DNA from: Methylicorpusculum sp.
Lineage (GTDB): Bacteria > Pseudomonadota > Gammaproteobacteria > Methylococcales > Methylomonadaceae
Length of the DNA: 64,000 nt
Direction of reading: 5' to 3'
NCBI RefSeq assembly: GCF_030651835.1
Contig: NZ_JAUSBX010000107.1
Coordinates: forward strand, 3-64,002
Shown: positions 16,942 to 26,335 of the stretch, in pieces
How positions within the stretch are numbered: position 1 is the first letter of the stretch
How the letters are laid out: each line of letters starts with the position of its first letter
Position numbers and translations under genes: made by a program
Notes under the pieces: generated by a model
The model's database searches: none
Told to the model about the DNA's origin: nothing
What the model saw: the letters and a program-made list of their open reading frames with translations, nothing else

Positions 16942-18596
16942 TCTTTATCTTTTAAGTGGTTGGGTTCAGTAGAATTCACACTAATTGCCTTGGTTGGGCA
17001 ATACTTTTCGGCTTGCCGGGCTTTTGTCAGCAAATCCAGCGAAGGGTTTTCTTGCAGCACCGTGACATTACCTGCATCGTCAACATGAAAAAGCTCCGGC
17101 GCCTCAGTCATACAGGTTGCATGTCCCTGGCAAAGCTCCCTATCTAATTTGATTTGAAAGCTCGGACTTGGCGGCTTACGATCCTGGACGATAGTATTAG
17201 TTGATTTATCAGCAGCCGCTTTAAGGTCTGTACGTTTTATATAACGAACACGGCAGGGCGAGATTGGCTGCACGACCATTTGGGTAAAATCATCCTGATA
17301 AGTATCCTTGTCGTCAATCAATTCAAAGGAGTAACGCCTCAAAAGTATGCTAAAAATGGCTTTCAGTTGCAACATGGCAAATGCGTTACCGGAACATTTG
17401 TGTTTGCCGCCGCCAAAGGCAATCCAGCTGAAGGGCTTTGCGTCCTCCTGGCGTGTTTCTGAATAACGATCAGGATCAAACTTTTCCGGATCAGGAAAAA
17501 CCTCCGGGATACGATGCGATACTCGCGGCGAAGCGCAGACGTATTTTCCTGCCTTGACGGTATAATCTTTAAAGTGAAAATCCTGCATCACTTTTCGGAT
17601 TAAAAAAATCAAGGGTGGATGCAAGCGCAGCACCTCTTTAATGACATTTTCCAGTATAGGAATTTCGCGTAAAGATTGAAACGTAACTTCGCCATCTACG
17701 CCAAAATGCGCATCCAGCTCATTTAACACTTCAACCATATAGGCCGGTCGGCGCGCCAATTCCAGCAGGGTCCAGGCTGCCGTCCCTGCTGTGGTGTGAT
17801 GACCGGCAAATATGGTGCCGATCAACATACCGGTTATTTCATGAGCCGATAAGCCGCTGCCATCATCATATTTTGCATCGATGAGTAATTGAAATGCATC
17901 TTCACTTTTTTCAGTTTTTTGCGCTCTTTTGGCAATAATGCCGGTGACTAATTCCTGCAGTCTGGCACGTGCTTTATCGCGGCGGCGAAACACGGGTAAA
18001 GGCAAATAGGGAAAAACAAAAGCCAGTGGGTTAACGCCTTTTTCAAGATCGTGATAAATTTTTGCAAATTCTTCATTCAGCTCATAGCGGAATTCATCCC
18101 CCAGCAGACAGTGGCTGGAGGTGTAAATGGTGAGTTCTTTCATGAACTCAAGCAAGTCAATTTCGCCGGTGTCGCCCCAGCCGGCAATCATTTGCTCGAC
18201 TTCCTGAACAATCACTTGAGCATAACCGCGCATCGGTTTGTCACGCAATACCGGCATAAGCATTTTAAGCTGTTGATCTTTTTTATGCGGAGGCGCGTCA
18301 AAAACCACGCCCTTACCAAAAATAGGCGTCATGATTTTATAGGCTTGGCTTTGATCGAGCTGAGCATCTGGCGCTCGAAAAAACGCCTCATTCGCTTCAG
18401 GCCCGGTCATCAGCACCATTTTTTGATGAAACATACGAAATTCACCGATTTCCCCGAGTGTTTTTCTGAGCTCCATCATATAGCTGAAAGGATTTTTGCC
18501 GAATTCGAGCATATTGCCTAACAAAGGCAAAGCGCGAGGCATTTTAGGCGGCACTTTGCCTGGCGAATCTGGTTTTTCGGTATTCGTCGTAGTCAT
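16938..18596 (-). CDS. cyp51: Sterol 14-alpha-demethylase CYP51 fused to a C-terminal ferredoxin
   Basis: AGHHTT I-helix, EVLRLHPP, FGGGKHKC heme ligand; C-terminal CQGHATC...CP [3Fe-4S]-type ferredoxin after a linker. Confidence 0.93.
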   Translation of the reverse strand: MTTTNTEKPDSPGKVPPKMPRALPLLGNMLEFGKNPFSYMMELRKTLGEIGEFRMFHQKMVLMTGPEANEAFFRAPDAQLDQSQAYKIMTPIFGKGVVFDAPPHKKDQQLKMLMPVLRDKPMRGYAQVIVQEVEQMIAGWGDTGEIDLLEFMKELTIYTSSHCLLGDEFRYELNEEFAKIYHDLEKGVNPLAFVFPYLPLPVFRRRDKARARLQELVTGIIAKRAQKTEKSEDAFQLLIDAKYDDGSGLSAHEITGMLIGTIFAGHHTTAGTAAWTLLELARRPAYMVEVLNELDAHFGVDGEVTFQSLREIPILENVIKEVLRLHPPLIFLIRKVMQDFHFKDYTVKAGKYVCASPRVSHRIPEVFPDPEKFDPDRYSETRQEDAKPFSWIAFGGGKHKCSGNAFAMLQLKAIFSILLRRYSFELIDDKDTYQDDFTQMVVQPISPCRVRYIKRTDLKAAADKSTNTIVQDRKPPSPSFQIKLDRELCQGHATCMTEAPELFHVDDAGNVTVLQENPSLDLLTKARQAEKYCPTKAISVNSTEPNHLKDKE

Positions 18597-18832
18597 AACT
18601 CGATCTTGATGTGTTTATCCATTTAGGAACGCTGATGTTACTGGTTCCTTCAAGAGCATTAGCCTTTGAATACTGCCAAAGACAAAAGCCAATTAAACGC
18701 TGATTTTACGCGGTGCATTCCTAATGTACAAAACTTTCTCGAAACGACTTACTCATCAGCCCCTGCGATAACGATGTAACTGATTGCCTGACAGGCTGTT
18801 CGCTGAAATACAGGGACAGAGTCAAACTATGG

Positions 18833-18865
18833 AATTGAGAAATAATGTCTTTGGAGCGCGTTTTA
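18833..18865 (+). repeat. Left direct repeat (att-like)
   Basis: aattgagaaataatgtctttggagcgcgtttta; 32/33 identical to 31364-31396. Confidence 0.85.
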
Positions 18866-18929
18866 CATTTTAATGCGCCCTCTACCGCAAAATAGGCAAC
18901 GAGCCTTATGGTTTAAAGTTAACGGCCAG

Positions 18930-21900
18930 CTATTTTCTAGAAAATCGGTCATACACTTGGCTACCAAGCCATTTCACAATAAGCTCTTGCAGCTCAGGTT
19001 TGCCCATATAGTCTGTAAACAAATCCTCGTTCAACTCCATGCGTTCGATAAACAAAGATTCAAGCACCTGACTAAAAACCAATTGAAACTTATCCTGAGA
19101 ATTCACCTTAGCAGCTTTTCGCAACAATTCATTTTGCAGTGCAGCTTCAGCGATTTGATCGAAAAACAACTGATCCGCTTCATTCAATTCACCACCAAAA
19201 CGCTCATTGATAATATCGATTAAGCGTGAAAGCGTGACTTGTTCTTCCCTGACCATACCTGAGCCGACTTCCGTTGGGCCATCCAATGGTTTGGCGTAGC
19301 CTTCGTTAAGGCTGATCGAACCCTCGCTGATCTTTTGCAGCCGGTAATATTCCAAATCAACTTCTTCGTCAAACTGATAGCCGGCACCGGTTTTTCGCTT
19401 GGGCAGTTTCAACGCCAAATGCCGCAGATAGGTAAATAGCTTTTCCAGATCGCTGTCCTGATAAGGAATTACCTGACTCAAAAAACTGTAAAGGTTTCGA
19501 AATGCCTGAATCTTACCACGCCATTGTTCAGCGACTTCCTCTTCCGACTGCTGTAACAAGGCAAACCGAGCAACTGCCTGATCCAGAATGGCATTCATGG
19601 CCTTATGATCAGAGGGACTTTGCCGGCGTTTGGGTGCAAAAAAAACCTTGGCAAAGGCATCCACCTCTTCATCAAGATAAATCGCAGACGCATCCAGTTC
19701 GGTTTTGATTTCGTAAAGATGGTCAGGATCGACTTCCTCGCCCATCACAGAGCCATCGTAATATTGCCGAAAAGCCTCCTGGATTTCACTGGGATCGTTA
19801 ACAAAATCCAGCACAAAAGTATCGTTTTTCAAAGGGTGCGTTCGATTTAGCCGGTTAAGCGTCTGCACCGCCTGAATACCCGCCAGTCGCTTGTCGACAT
19901 ACATCGTGTGCAGTAAGGGCTGATCGAAGCCTGTTTGATATTTTTCCGCCACCAATAACACGCGAAAATCCGACTTGGAAAAAGTCTCCGGCAATTCCTT
20001 TTCCTTTAACCCATCGTTCATCGCCACTTCGGTATAGGTTTTTTCCGGTATTTTGTCATCTTCGACCTTACCGGAGAATGCCACCAGGCTTTTGATGGCA
20101 TAACCTTTTTCTTTGATATATCGATCGAACTCCTGTTTATAACGCACCGCTTCCAATCGAGAGCCGGTGACCACCATGGCCTTGGCATGACCGCCAATCT
20201 TGTGCCGAGTGAAGTGCTGAAAGTGTTCGATGATAACTTCAGTTTTTTGACCAATGTTATGCGGATGCATACGCATGAAGCGCGCCAAGGCTTTTGCTGC
20301 CTTTTTGCGCTCAACGTTGGGATCGTCTTCCGCTTTTTTGATCAGTTTGTAATAGGTTTTATAGGTAACGTAATTACGCAAAACGTCTTTAATAAAACCT
20401 TCCTCAATCGCCTGCCGCATCGTATAGCGATGAAACGGCTCTCCGTTGCGACCAAAGATTTTTAAGGTTTTGTGCTTGGGCGTTGCGGTAAAGGCGAAAA
20501 AACTCATGTTGGCTTGTCGGCCACGCTTCAGCATGGACCGATACAGCCGTTCAAAATGAACTTCGCCTTCTTCCTTAGCCATCTCCATGGCCTTTTGTCG
20601 CAGGTCCGCGCCGCCCAGAACACCCTTCAATTCGGTCGCCGTTTCGCCGGATTGAGAACTGTGCGCCTCGTCGATAATGACTGCGTAATGGCGTGTCGGT
20701 AAATGACTCAAACCCGTTTCGCCGCGTTCCTCATTCAATTTGGCCAATTGGCCGGCAACGAAGGGAAATTTCTGCAAGGTGGTAATGATGATCGGCACTA
20801 TTGATTCCAAAGCCTCGGCCAGTTGCCGGGAGTCTTCATCGATTTTTTGCACCACACCTTGGCGGTGGTCAAATTGGTAAATCGTGTCTTGCAATTGCCT
20901 ATCCAACACCACCCGGTCGGTAATCACGATCACACTGTCGAAAATCCGTTGATCGGTAGCGTTATGCAAACTCGATAAGCGGTGAGCCAGCCAGGCCAGA
21001 GTATTACTCTTACCGCTACCCGCTGAATGCTCAATCAAGTAGTTATGGCCAACGCCCTCAGTTGCCGCCGCATCGACCATTTGCCGAACCGCTTGCAATT
21101 GATGGTAACGCGGAAAAATCATGGTTTCCTTGCGAAATTTTTTGCCTTCGTCGGTTACCTTTTCTTCAATATTCAAGTGTAAAAAACGTGCCAGTAAATC
21201 CAGCAAACTGTCACGCGTTAACACTTCTTCCCACAAATACGCCGTTTTGTAATTGCGTCCAAACTTATCCGGCGAATTGCCGGCACCGCCGGTGTTACCC
21301 CGGTTAAACGGCAGAAAATGGGTATTTGAGCCGACCAGCCGGGTGGTCATGTGGGCTTCTTCGGTATCGACGGCAAAATGCACTAAAGTTCGCTTGGTGA
21401 ATTGAAAGAATAATTCGCGCGGATCGCGGTCGTGACGGTATTGATGGATAGCATTTGCAGCTGTTTGGCCGGATAACGGGTTTTTTAATTCCAAGGTCAC
21501 CAATGGAATGCCGTTGACCGACAACACCACATCCAGCGAATTTTGATTGTTGGGACTGAAATGCAATTGCCGGGTCAACCCCAAGCGATTCGCCCGGTAA
21601 CGTGCGTCTAACTCGGCATTGAGACCATGAGCTGGCCGGAAATAAGCAATCCGCAAGGTTTTGCCGAAGCATTTGAAACCGTGGCGTAAGGTAGCCAATG
21701 CGCCATGCGTATCCAGCCATTTGCACAAGGCTTGTAAAACCCGTTCGCCGGTTTCATCGCCATGCAAAGATTCCAACTTGTCCCAGGTTTTGGCTTGGGT
21801 GCTGCGGATGAAGGTTAAGGCAATTTCTGGAAATATCGCTCGTTCGCGGTCGAAGTGGCTGGACGATAAATTTTCGTAACCATCGGCCAGCAGCACGGCT

Positions 21901-21941
21901 TCGATTGCGGTTTCGAAGGCGGCTTCCGAAGTGGGTCTCAT
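18930..21941 (-). CDS. hsdR: Type I restriction endonuclease subunit R
   Basis: NGIPLVTLELKN nuclease motif, HSAGSGKS Walker A, IIDEAH box, TGFDQP helicase motif. Confidence 0.95.
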   Translation of the reverse strand: MRPTSEAAFETAIEAVLLADGYENLSSSHFDRERAIFPEIALTFIRSTQAKTWDKLESLHGDETGERVLQALCKWLDTHGALATLRHGFKCFGKTLRIAYFRPAHGLNAELDARYRANRLGLTRQLHFSPNNQNSLDVVLSVNGIPLVTLELKNPLSGQTAANAIHQYRHDRDPRELFFQFTKRTLVHFAVDTEEAHMTTRLVGSNTHFLPFNRGNTGGAGNSPDKFGRNYKTAYLWEEVLTRDSLLDLLARFLHLNIEEKVTDEGKKFRKETMIFPRYHQLQAVRQMVDAAATEGVGHNYLIEHSAGSGKSNTLAWLAHRLSSLHNATDQRIFDSVIVITDRVVLDRQLQDTIYQFDHRQGVVQKIDEDSRQLAEALESIVPIIITTLQKFPFVAGQLAKLNEERGETGLSHLPTRHYAVIIDEAHSSQSGETATELKGVLGGADLRQKAMEMAKEEGEVHFERLYRSMLKRGRQANMSFFAFTATPKHKTLKIFGRNGEPFHRYTMRQAIEEGFIKDVLRNYVTYKTYYKLIKKAEDDPNVERKKAAKALARFMRMHPHNIGQKTEVIIEHFQHFTRHKIGGHAKAMVVTGSRLEAVRYKQEFDRYIKEKGYAIKSLVAFSGKVEDDKIPEKTYTEVAMNDGLKEKELPETFSKSDFRVLLVAEKYQTGFDQPLLHTMYVDKRLAGIQAVQTLNRLNRTHPLKNDTFVLDFVNDPSEIQEAFRQYYDGSVMGEEVDPDHLYEIKTELDASAIYLDEEVDAFAKVFFAPKRRQSPSDHKAMNAILDQAVARFALLQQSEEEVAEQWRGKIQAFRNLYSFLSQVIPYQDSDLEKLFTYLRHLALKLPKRKTGAGYQFDEEVDLEYYRLQKISEGSISLNEGYAKPLDGPTEVGSGMVREEQVTLSRLIDIINERFGGELNEADQLFFDQIAEAALQNELLRKAAKVNSQDKFQLVFSQVLESLFIERMELNEDLFTDYMGKPELQELIVKWLGSQVYDRFSRK

Positions 21942-22564
21942 GCTCTATTCCTTGCAATTTTTTTCTCCAACCAAAACACCATCACCTGCGCATATTCTGG
22001 TAATTCGCCGGGTTGAGAGCCATTCCATTTTTCCAATTCGCGTGCAGCGTTGAGTGGACCTTTTCCCAACCGCTGTTTAAATGCATCAAGAACAGCTCTT
22101 CTGTTGGTAACGAGTTGGTCACGGTTGAGATTCAAAATATCATTTATCGCGTTTTTTATATTCACATTATCAGAGGTAATCTCGCCGTTACCAAGAAATC
22201 TGATTTGGCGTTCGATGGGATGAGCCGGGTCGGTGAGGCAAAAACAAAGATCATCATTGTCCTTACGGGTATCACAATACTGCTCACGTTTAGTTCGACC
22301 TTTTCCTCCTAAACAGGCTCCTAAAAGGTTTTGGTAATCCAATTGTCGGCCTGGATAGTTATCCTGACACTCCCAATGTTCGATTTTCATGCTCGAAATA
22401 TTCGGGTGTATCCGCGATTGACAGTAGCAGCAAAGTCCGCGCTGCTCCTCTACCAGTGATTGCCGTAATACATCTTTATCTCGGTAATTGTCGTAATCGG
22501 AATACGGACTCTGGCGGTGGACAGTTAATGAAGTTGGTTCAGTATTTTTGCGGATCGTGCGCAT
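21938..22564 (-). CDS. ptuB: HNH endonuclease, Septu/retron PtuB-like (TIGR02646-like)
   Basis: EQRGLCCYC...IEHW...NLLGAC...C..K; coupled to the upstream ATPase. Confidence 0.75.
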   Translation of the reverse strand: MRTIRKNTEPTSLTVHRQSPYSDYDNYRDKDVLRQSLVEEQRGLCCYCQSRIHPNISSMKIEHWECQDNYPGRQLDYQNLLGACLGGKGRTKREQYCDTRKDNDDLCFCLTDPAHPIERQIRFLGNGEITSDNVNIKNAINDILNLNRDQLVTNRRAVLDAFKQRLGKGPLNAARELEKWNGSQPGELPEYAQVMVFWLEKKIARNRA

Positions 22565-23979
22565 TATTCCGCGCCCTCAAGAAAGGTGATCAGCGAATGC
22601 GCGCGTGTCAGCTCTGGCTCACTCTCGCCAAGCTGTTGTTCAAGTGCAATAATTTTCTCACGCGCTTGATCAAAATTTTCTTCGTCTATCAGTTCAAAAA
22701 GATTTCGTAACTCGACTTCTATTTTCTTATTGCGTACTGGTGTATCCATCAGCTCTAGTAAAATGCGGTTGGCATCCATACCGTAGGCATCAGTGGGAGT
22801 AATGGTAACCACTTTGCCATCTTGATATTCCAAGAAACGAACGCAATGAGCTTCAACCTCTCCAAGCACTAAAGGCGAATGGGTAGTTACAACAAACTGG
22901 CAACTCTTAAAAGTTTCCCTCAGTCTTAGAAGCACTTCTCTTTGCCATTTGGGGTGTAAGTGCAATTCAACCTCATCAATTAACACCAACGCTTCACCTT
23001 CAGCGATGGGGTTTTCACTATTCGGATTGGCGATGGCAAGGCGGCGGGTGAGGTCAAATATCAGAGCAATCAGGCCACGCTCGCCGTCTGATAACTGCTC
23101 CAAAAACAGCTGCTTTCCTGTGTTTACACCGTTCACCTGCTCATCTATCGTCGAAACTTTCATGACGGAGTAGCGAGGTGGATTTTCCTCATGGAACCAA
23201 AATTCTTTGATCTGAGGCATGAGGCCTGTAATCGCCTCTTGAAGAAGTTTCAGGATTATTGGACCCTGTTGACCGTCTCGTCCAATTGCACGAGACGAGT
23301 TCATCGCTCGGTGCCACTTGGCGAAGTCTTTGAGCGATATTTCCAGCTGCGTCAGAGATTTTGCGAAAGCAGCCGATTGCTTAAAGGGTGATTCTACTAA
23401 ATGTTTTTGGAGCGACATCGAAAGCAAGCGGTATGTCGAGTAGTAAATAACCAGTGGCTGCGTAGGGCTGCTCTTCAAGTGCCGCTTCGTCCACGCCTCT
23501 GACTCATACGTATCGGTAAACAGCCAGTTTAAACGTCTCTCGAAATTTCCCCCCAATCGTTTGTCTATCCAGGTAATTTCATTTTTCAGGTTTTTGTAAT
23601 CGGGCGACCCTTTTTCAAGAAGACGTAGCTTCTTCTTCATTAGCGATTGTTTGTTCTCAAGAGACAGTTTTTGATCGAAATCAAGGCTTTCCTTGGAAAG
23701 AAAAGTGATCAACGTGGCTGCCGACAAGTTGGCGGTTTCCATCTCGATGATGCAGGAGGATTTGCCTTGCTGAATATCTGTATTAAGGATTGGCAACGGT
23801 TTCTCCCGCGAAACAGTAAACTCCCGCAATGTGTGGGAATAAGCTACTGCGATGGCCTGCAGGATTGTTGATTTACCAACCCCATTGACGCCTGCAATCA
23901 CGGTCATCCGGTCGTCAAAATCTATATCCAGGCGATCAAAGCCTCGAAAATTGGTCAGACCTAAACTTTTCAGTTTCAT
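22564..23979 (-). CDS. ptuA: ABC/AAA ATPase, Septu PtuA-like
   Basis: NFRGF...GVNGVGKS Walker A, QLSDGE signature, LIDEVELHLHPKWQ Walker B, TTHSP, DAYGMDANRIL C-terminal motif. Confidence 0.78.
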   Translation of the reverse strand: MKLKSLGLTNFRGFDRLDIDFDDRMTVIAGVNGVGKSTILQAIAVAYSHTLREFTVSREKPLPILNTDIQQGKSSCIIEMETANLSAATLITFLSKESLDFDQKLSLENKQSLMKKKLRLLEKGSPDYKNLKNEITWIDKRLGGNFERRLNWLFTDTYESEAWTKRHLKSSPTQPLVIYYSTYRLLSMSLQKHLVESPFKQSAAFAKSLTQLEISLKDFAKWHRAMNSSRAIGRDGQQGPIILKLLQEAITGLMPQIKEFWFHEENPPRYSVMKVSTIDEQVNGVNTGKQLFLEQLSDGERGLIALIFDLTRRLAIANPNSENPIAEGEALVLIDEVELHLHPKWQREVLLRLRETFKSCQFVVTTHSPLVLGEVEAHCVRFLEYQDGKVVTITPTDAYGMDANRILLELMDTPVRNKKIEVELRNLFELIDEENFDQAREKIIALEQQLGESEPELTRAHSLITFLEGAE

Positions 23980-25349
23980 TCAGTCATCTCCTCCAGCGGG
24001 ATCTGCCCACTAACGGCAGCGGTGATCAGAGCTGCGCGGCGTTCTAAAAGTCGAGAGATGGAGTTTCGGATTTCAGTCAATAACACAGCGCTCTTCTGAC
24101 CTATTGTTTCAAGATGTTCGATGATTGCACGTTGCTCACTTACTGGCGGTATTACTACACTGAAATTTCCGAGAGACTCAAAATTTAAGCCTTCCCGACC
24201 ACTTCCTGATTGAGAAAGATCAATTTGATGTTGGCCGAGGTCAGAGCGAAGTGTGAAATAGAGAAACTTGGTTTCAATTTGACTTGAAGGTCTTACGATG
24301 CAGACATGTTGGTTAACATTAGCCTCACCTTGCATCTCTTCAATGTAAAAACAGCGACCTATTGAAGCACCTGTGATATTGATCAAAACATCACCTGCGA
24401 GTACCTTGCTATTGCTCATGGAGTCATGTGTATCGGAATCAATAAATACAATGTCATCCATTCGCAAGCCATCAAAATGGATGTTTTGGCTCCTGAAAAG
24501 TGGAACACCTTCTGACTGATATGATTCGGCTCCACCTCTTGGAGTTACACCGCTGCCGATTTTGGAAACAACATACTTTAATTTCCAAACATCCCAATGC
24601 GTAGGAATATCGCCCAACCAATCGAGGCCGGAGGGTTTTAGCGGCGCATCGGGATTCAAGCCGCGAGTGACGGCGCGGCTAATCAGCGCGGCGCGCTTTT
24701 CTTCCAGCAAGGCCAGCATTTTTTCCTTTTCCGTGACCAGCGCGTCGATACGCGCGGTTTCGCGGTCGAGGTAATCGGCGATTAGGCGTTGGGTTTTTGG
24801 AGGGGGGATATGTATCCGTAGCTCTCGGAATTTCTCTACCGTGAAATGGGCAATCGTTGCTCTATTACATAAAACATCGAACCAACCTGATTCAGAGGCT
24901 TGTTTTAGGCAATATTTCAAATACCGAACATCATTTGTTTCAGAACGAACTCTGTGGAGAGCGTTTTGATAAATGCAATTATCAGGAGTTGTATTGCTCA
25001 AAATTGAAGCGCGACCCACTTCACCACCCTCGCAAACCAACAAATCATCAATTTTTAGATTTAGTGCTTTTATTTCAGATGAGCTTGCCCACATGGTTGG
25101 TAAATCTTCGGTGTTAATACCGCTCCATTGAACATTGATAGCCTTAATATATGGTGTTTCAACATCATCAGGATTATTTGGACTTGGCTGAAGCATTTTT
25201 CCAAGCGAAATATCAAAAACATGCTTTGCCTGAGTCGCTGGCCATTCCGGTAATAAGCAAGGCTGCCACAGAACTGAAGTTATTCCGCCAGCCTCTTGTC
25301 GGGTTACGCTATCGTTAACCCGACCTACAATATTATTCATCCCGTTCAT
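23976..25349 (-). CDS. hsdS: Type I R-M specificity subunit S with REP-derived N-terminus
   Basis: Two TRDs, each followed by conserved PP..EQ/TQ..I...LD helices; central LKPSGLDWLGDIPTHW; C-terminal RAALITAAVSGQI. Confidence 0.92.
   Translation of the reverse strand: MNGMNNIVGRVNDSVTRQEAGGITSVLWQPCLLPEWPATQAKHVFDISLGKMLQPSPNNPDDVETPYIKAINVQWSGINTEDLPTMWASSSEIKALNLKIDDLLVCEGGEVGRASILSNTTPDNCIYQNALHRVRSETNDVRYLKYCLKQASESGWFDVLCNRATIAHFTVEKFRELRIHIPPPKTQRLIADYLDRETARIDALVTEKEKMLALLEEKRAALISRAVTRGLNPDAPLKPSGLDWLGDIPTHWDVWKLKYVVSKIGSGVTPRGGAESYQSEGVPLFRSQNIHFDGLRMDDIVFIDSDTHDSMSNSKVLAGDVLINITGASIGRCFYIEEMQGEANVNQHVCIVRPSSQIETKFLYFTLRSDLGQHQIDLSQSGSGREGLNFESLGNFSVVIPPVSEQRAIIEHLETIGQKSAVLLTEIRNSISRLLERRAALITAAVSGQIPLEEMTE
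25291..25328 (-). repeat. GTAG-type REP inside the 5' end of hsdS
   Basis: Minus strand gtaggtcgggttaacgatagcgtaacccgacaagaggc; 37/38 identical to 25670-25707. Confidence 0.85.
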
Positions 25350-25615
25350 CCTCTATATTTTCTCCCCACTCCGTCAATTTCCGTCGCAGCAATTCCTTGT
25401 CCGGCAAATAAAGCGAATATTCCCGCGCATGGATGTTGGCGTCTTTGGGCAAGGTGATTTCCACCAAGGCATCGTGTTTCTTTTTACACAACACAATGCC
25501 GATGGTCGGCTGTTCATCCGCAAGCTTGACGTAATGGTCGAAATAGTTGACGTACATTTGCATTTGCCCCAAATTGCCGTGGCTCAGTTTGCCGATTTTC
25601 AGGTCAATCAGCCGC
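25333..25615 (-). pseudogene. 3' fragment of a YhcG/DUF1016 PD-(D/E)xK nuclease gene
   Basis: LIDLKIGKLSHGNLGQMQMYVNYFD...PTIGIVLCK...YSLYLPDKELL is the YhcG C-terminus. The N-terminal part is replaced by REP sequence. Confidence 0.75.
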
Positions 25616-25707
25616 GTAGGTCGGGTTAGCGCAGCGTAACCCGACATTTCACCCGACACCACCGAATCGGCCTCTTGTCGGGTTACGCTATCGCTAACCC
25701 GACCTAC
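25616..25707. repeat. REPIN (inverted REP pair) downstream of the RAYT
   Basis: gtaggtcgggttagcgcagcgtaacccgaca (25616-25646) and the inverted copy tgtcgggttacgctatcgctaacccgacctac (to 25707). Confidence 0.85.
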
Positions 25708-25729
25708 GTAATTGTTTTGATTGTTGGGT

Positions 25730-26266
25730 TTATTCATGACCTATGCCTTCGAATTCAATAACATTCTCGCCCCAATTCAACGGGTACATGCCGGCTTCGA
25801 CATAACGGTGGAAACTGCTGTGTGGCCAATCTTTCGGCGCGGCTACATAACCGTGTTTAACCGGGTTGTAATGAATGTATTCGATGTGTCTCATGAAATC
25901 GGCTTCATCACGCAAGGTATGCTCCCAATATCGATGCTGCCAAATGGCCTGCTCGTGTTTATTTTTTCTTGCCCGGTTCGGCGTCGATTTAAAATCGGCG
26001 TTGCAATGTTTGGTAAACCAAGTTTTGATCAATCGCCAACGCGTAGGGTAATCCAAGTCGGCGGTCGGCAAGGTCCAAATGCAATGAATATGGTCGGGCA
26101 TGACGACGATGCCGTCGATGTCGAAAGGCCTGCTCTGTTTAACTTGGCGAAAGGCGTGACGCAAGGTAGCGATATTTTCCGCCTCATCGAAAATGGGGCT
26201 TCGCCGTTCAGTCACCAGCGTGAAAAAGAACGAGCCGCCGGGAATAAATGCGCGTCGATATTGCAT
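25730..26266 (-). CDS. REP-associated tyrosine transposase (RAYT, Y1 HUH)
   Basis: FFTLVT, VMPDHIHCIW HUH motif, WQHRYWEH, YIHYNPVKHG; flanked by GTAG REPs on both sides. Confidence 0.9.
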   Translation of the reverse strand: MQYRRAFIPGGSFFFTLVTERRSPIFDEAENIATLRHAFRQVKQSRPFDIDGIVVMPDHIHCIWTLPTADLDYPTRWRLIKTWFTKHCNADFKSTPNRARKNKHEQAIWQHRYWEHTLRDEADFMRHIEYIHYNPVKHGYVAAPKDWPHSSFHRYVEAGMYPLNWGENVIEFEGIGHE

Positions 26267-26278
26267 GTTGATTACCTA

Positions 26279-26328
26279 TGTCGGGTTATACCCTTAGGGC
26301 ACAAGCGACTATCGCTAACCCGACCTAC
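26279..26328 (-). repeat. REP upstream of the RAYT with an expanded loop
   Basis: Minus strand gtaggtcgggttagcgatag-tcgcttgtgccctaaggg-tataacccgaca. Confidence 0.8.
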
Positions 26329-26335
26329 ATTGTTA

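Noticed and set aside
21938-23979. Retron (type I-A) associated with PtuAB
   Set aside because: No reverse transcriptase ORF and no recognisable msr-msd in the island.
25291-26328. Possible CRISPR array from the recurring ~32-38-bp palindromes
   Set aside because: Copies are inverted and irregularly spaced, begin with GTAG and flank a RAYT; no cas genes are present. They are REPs.
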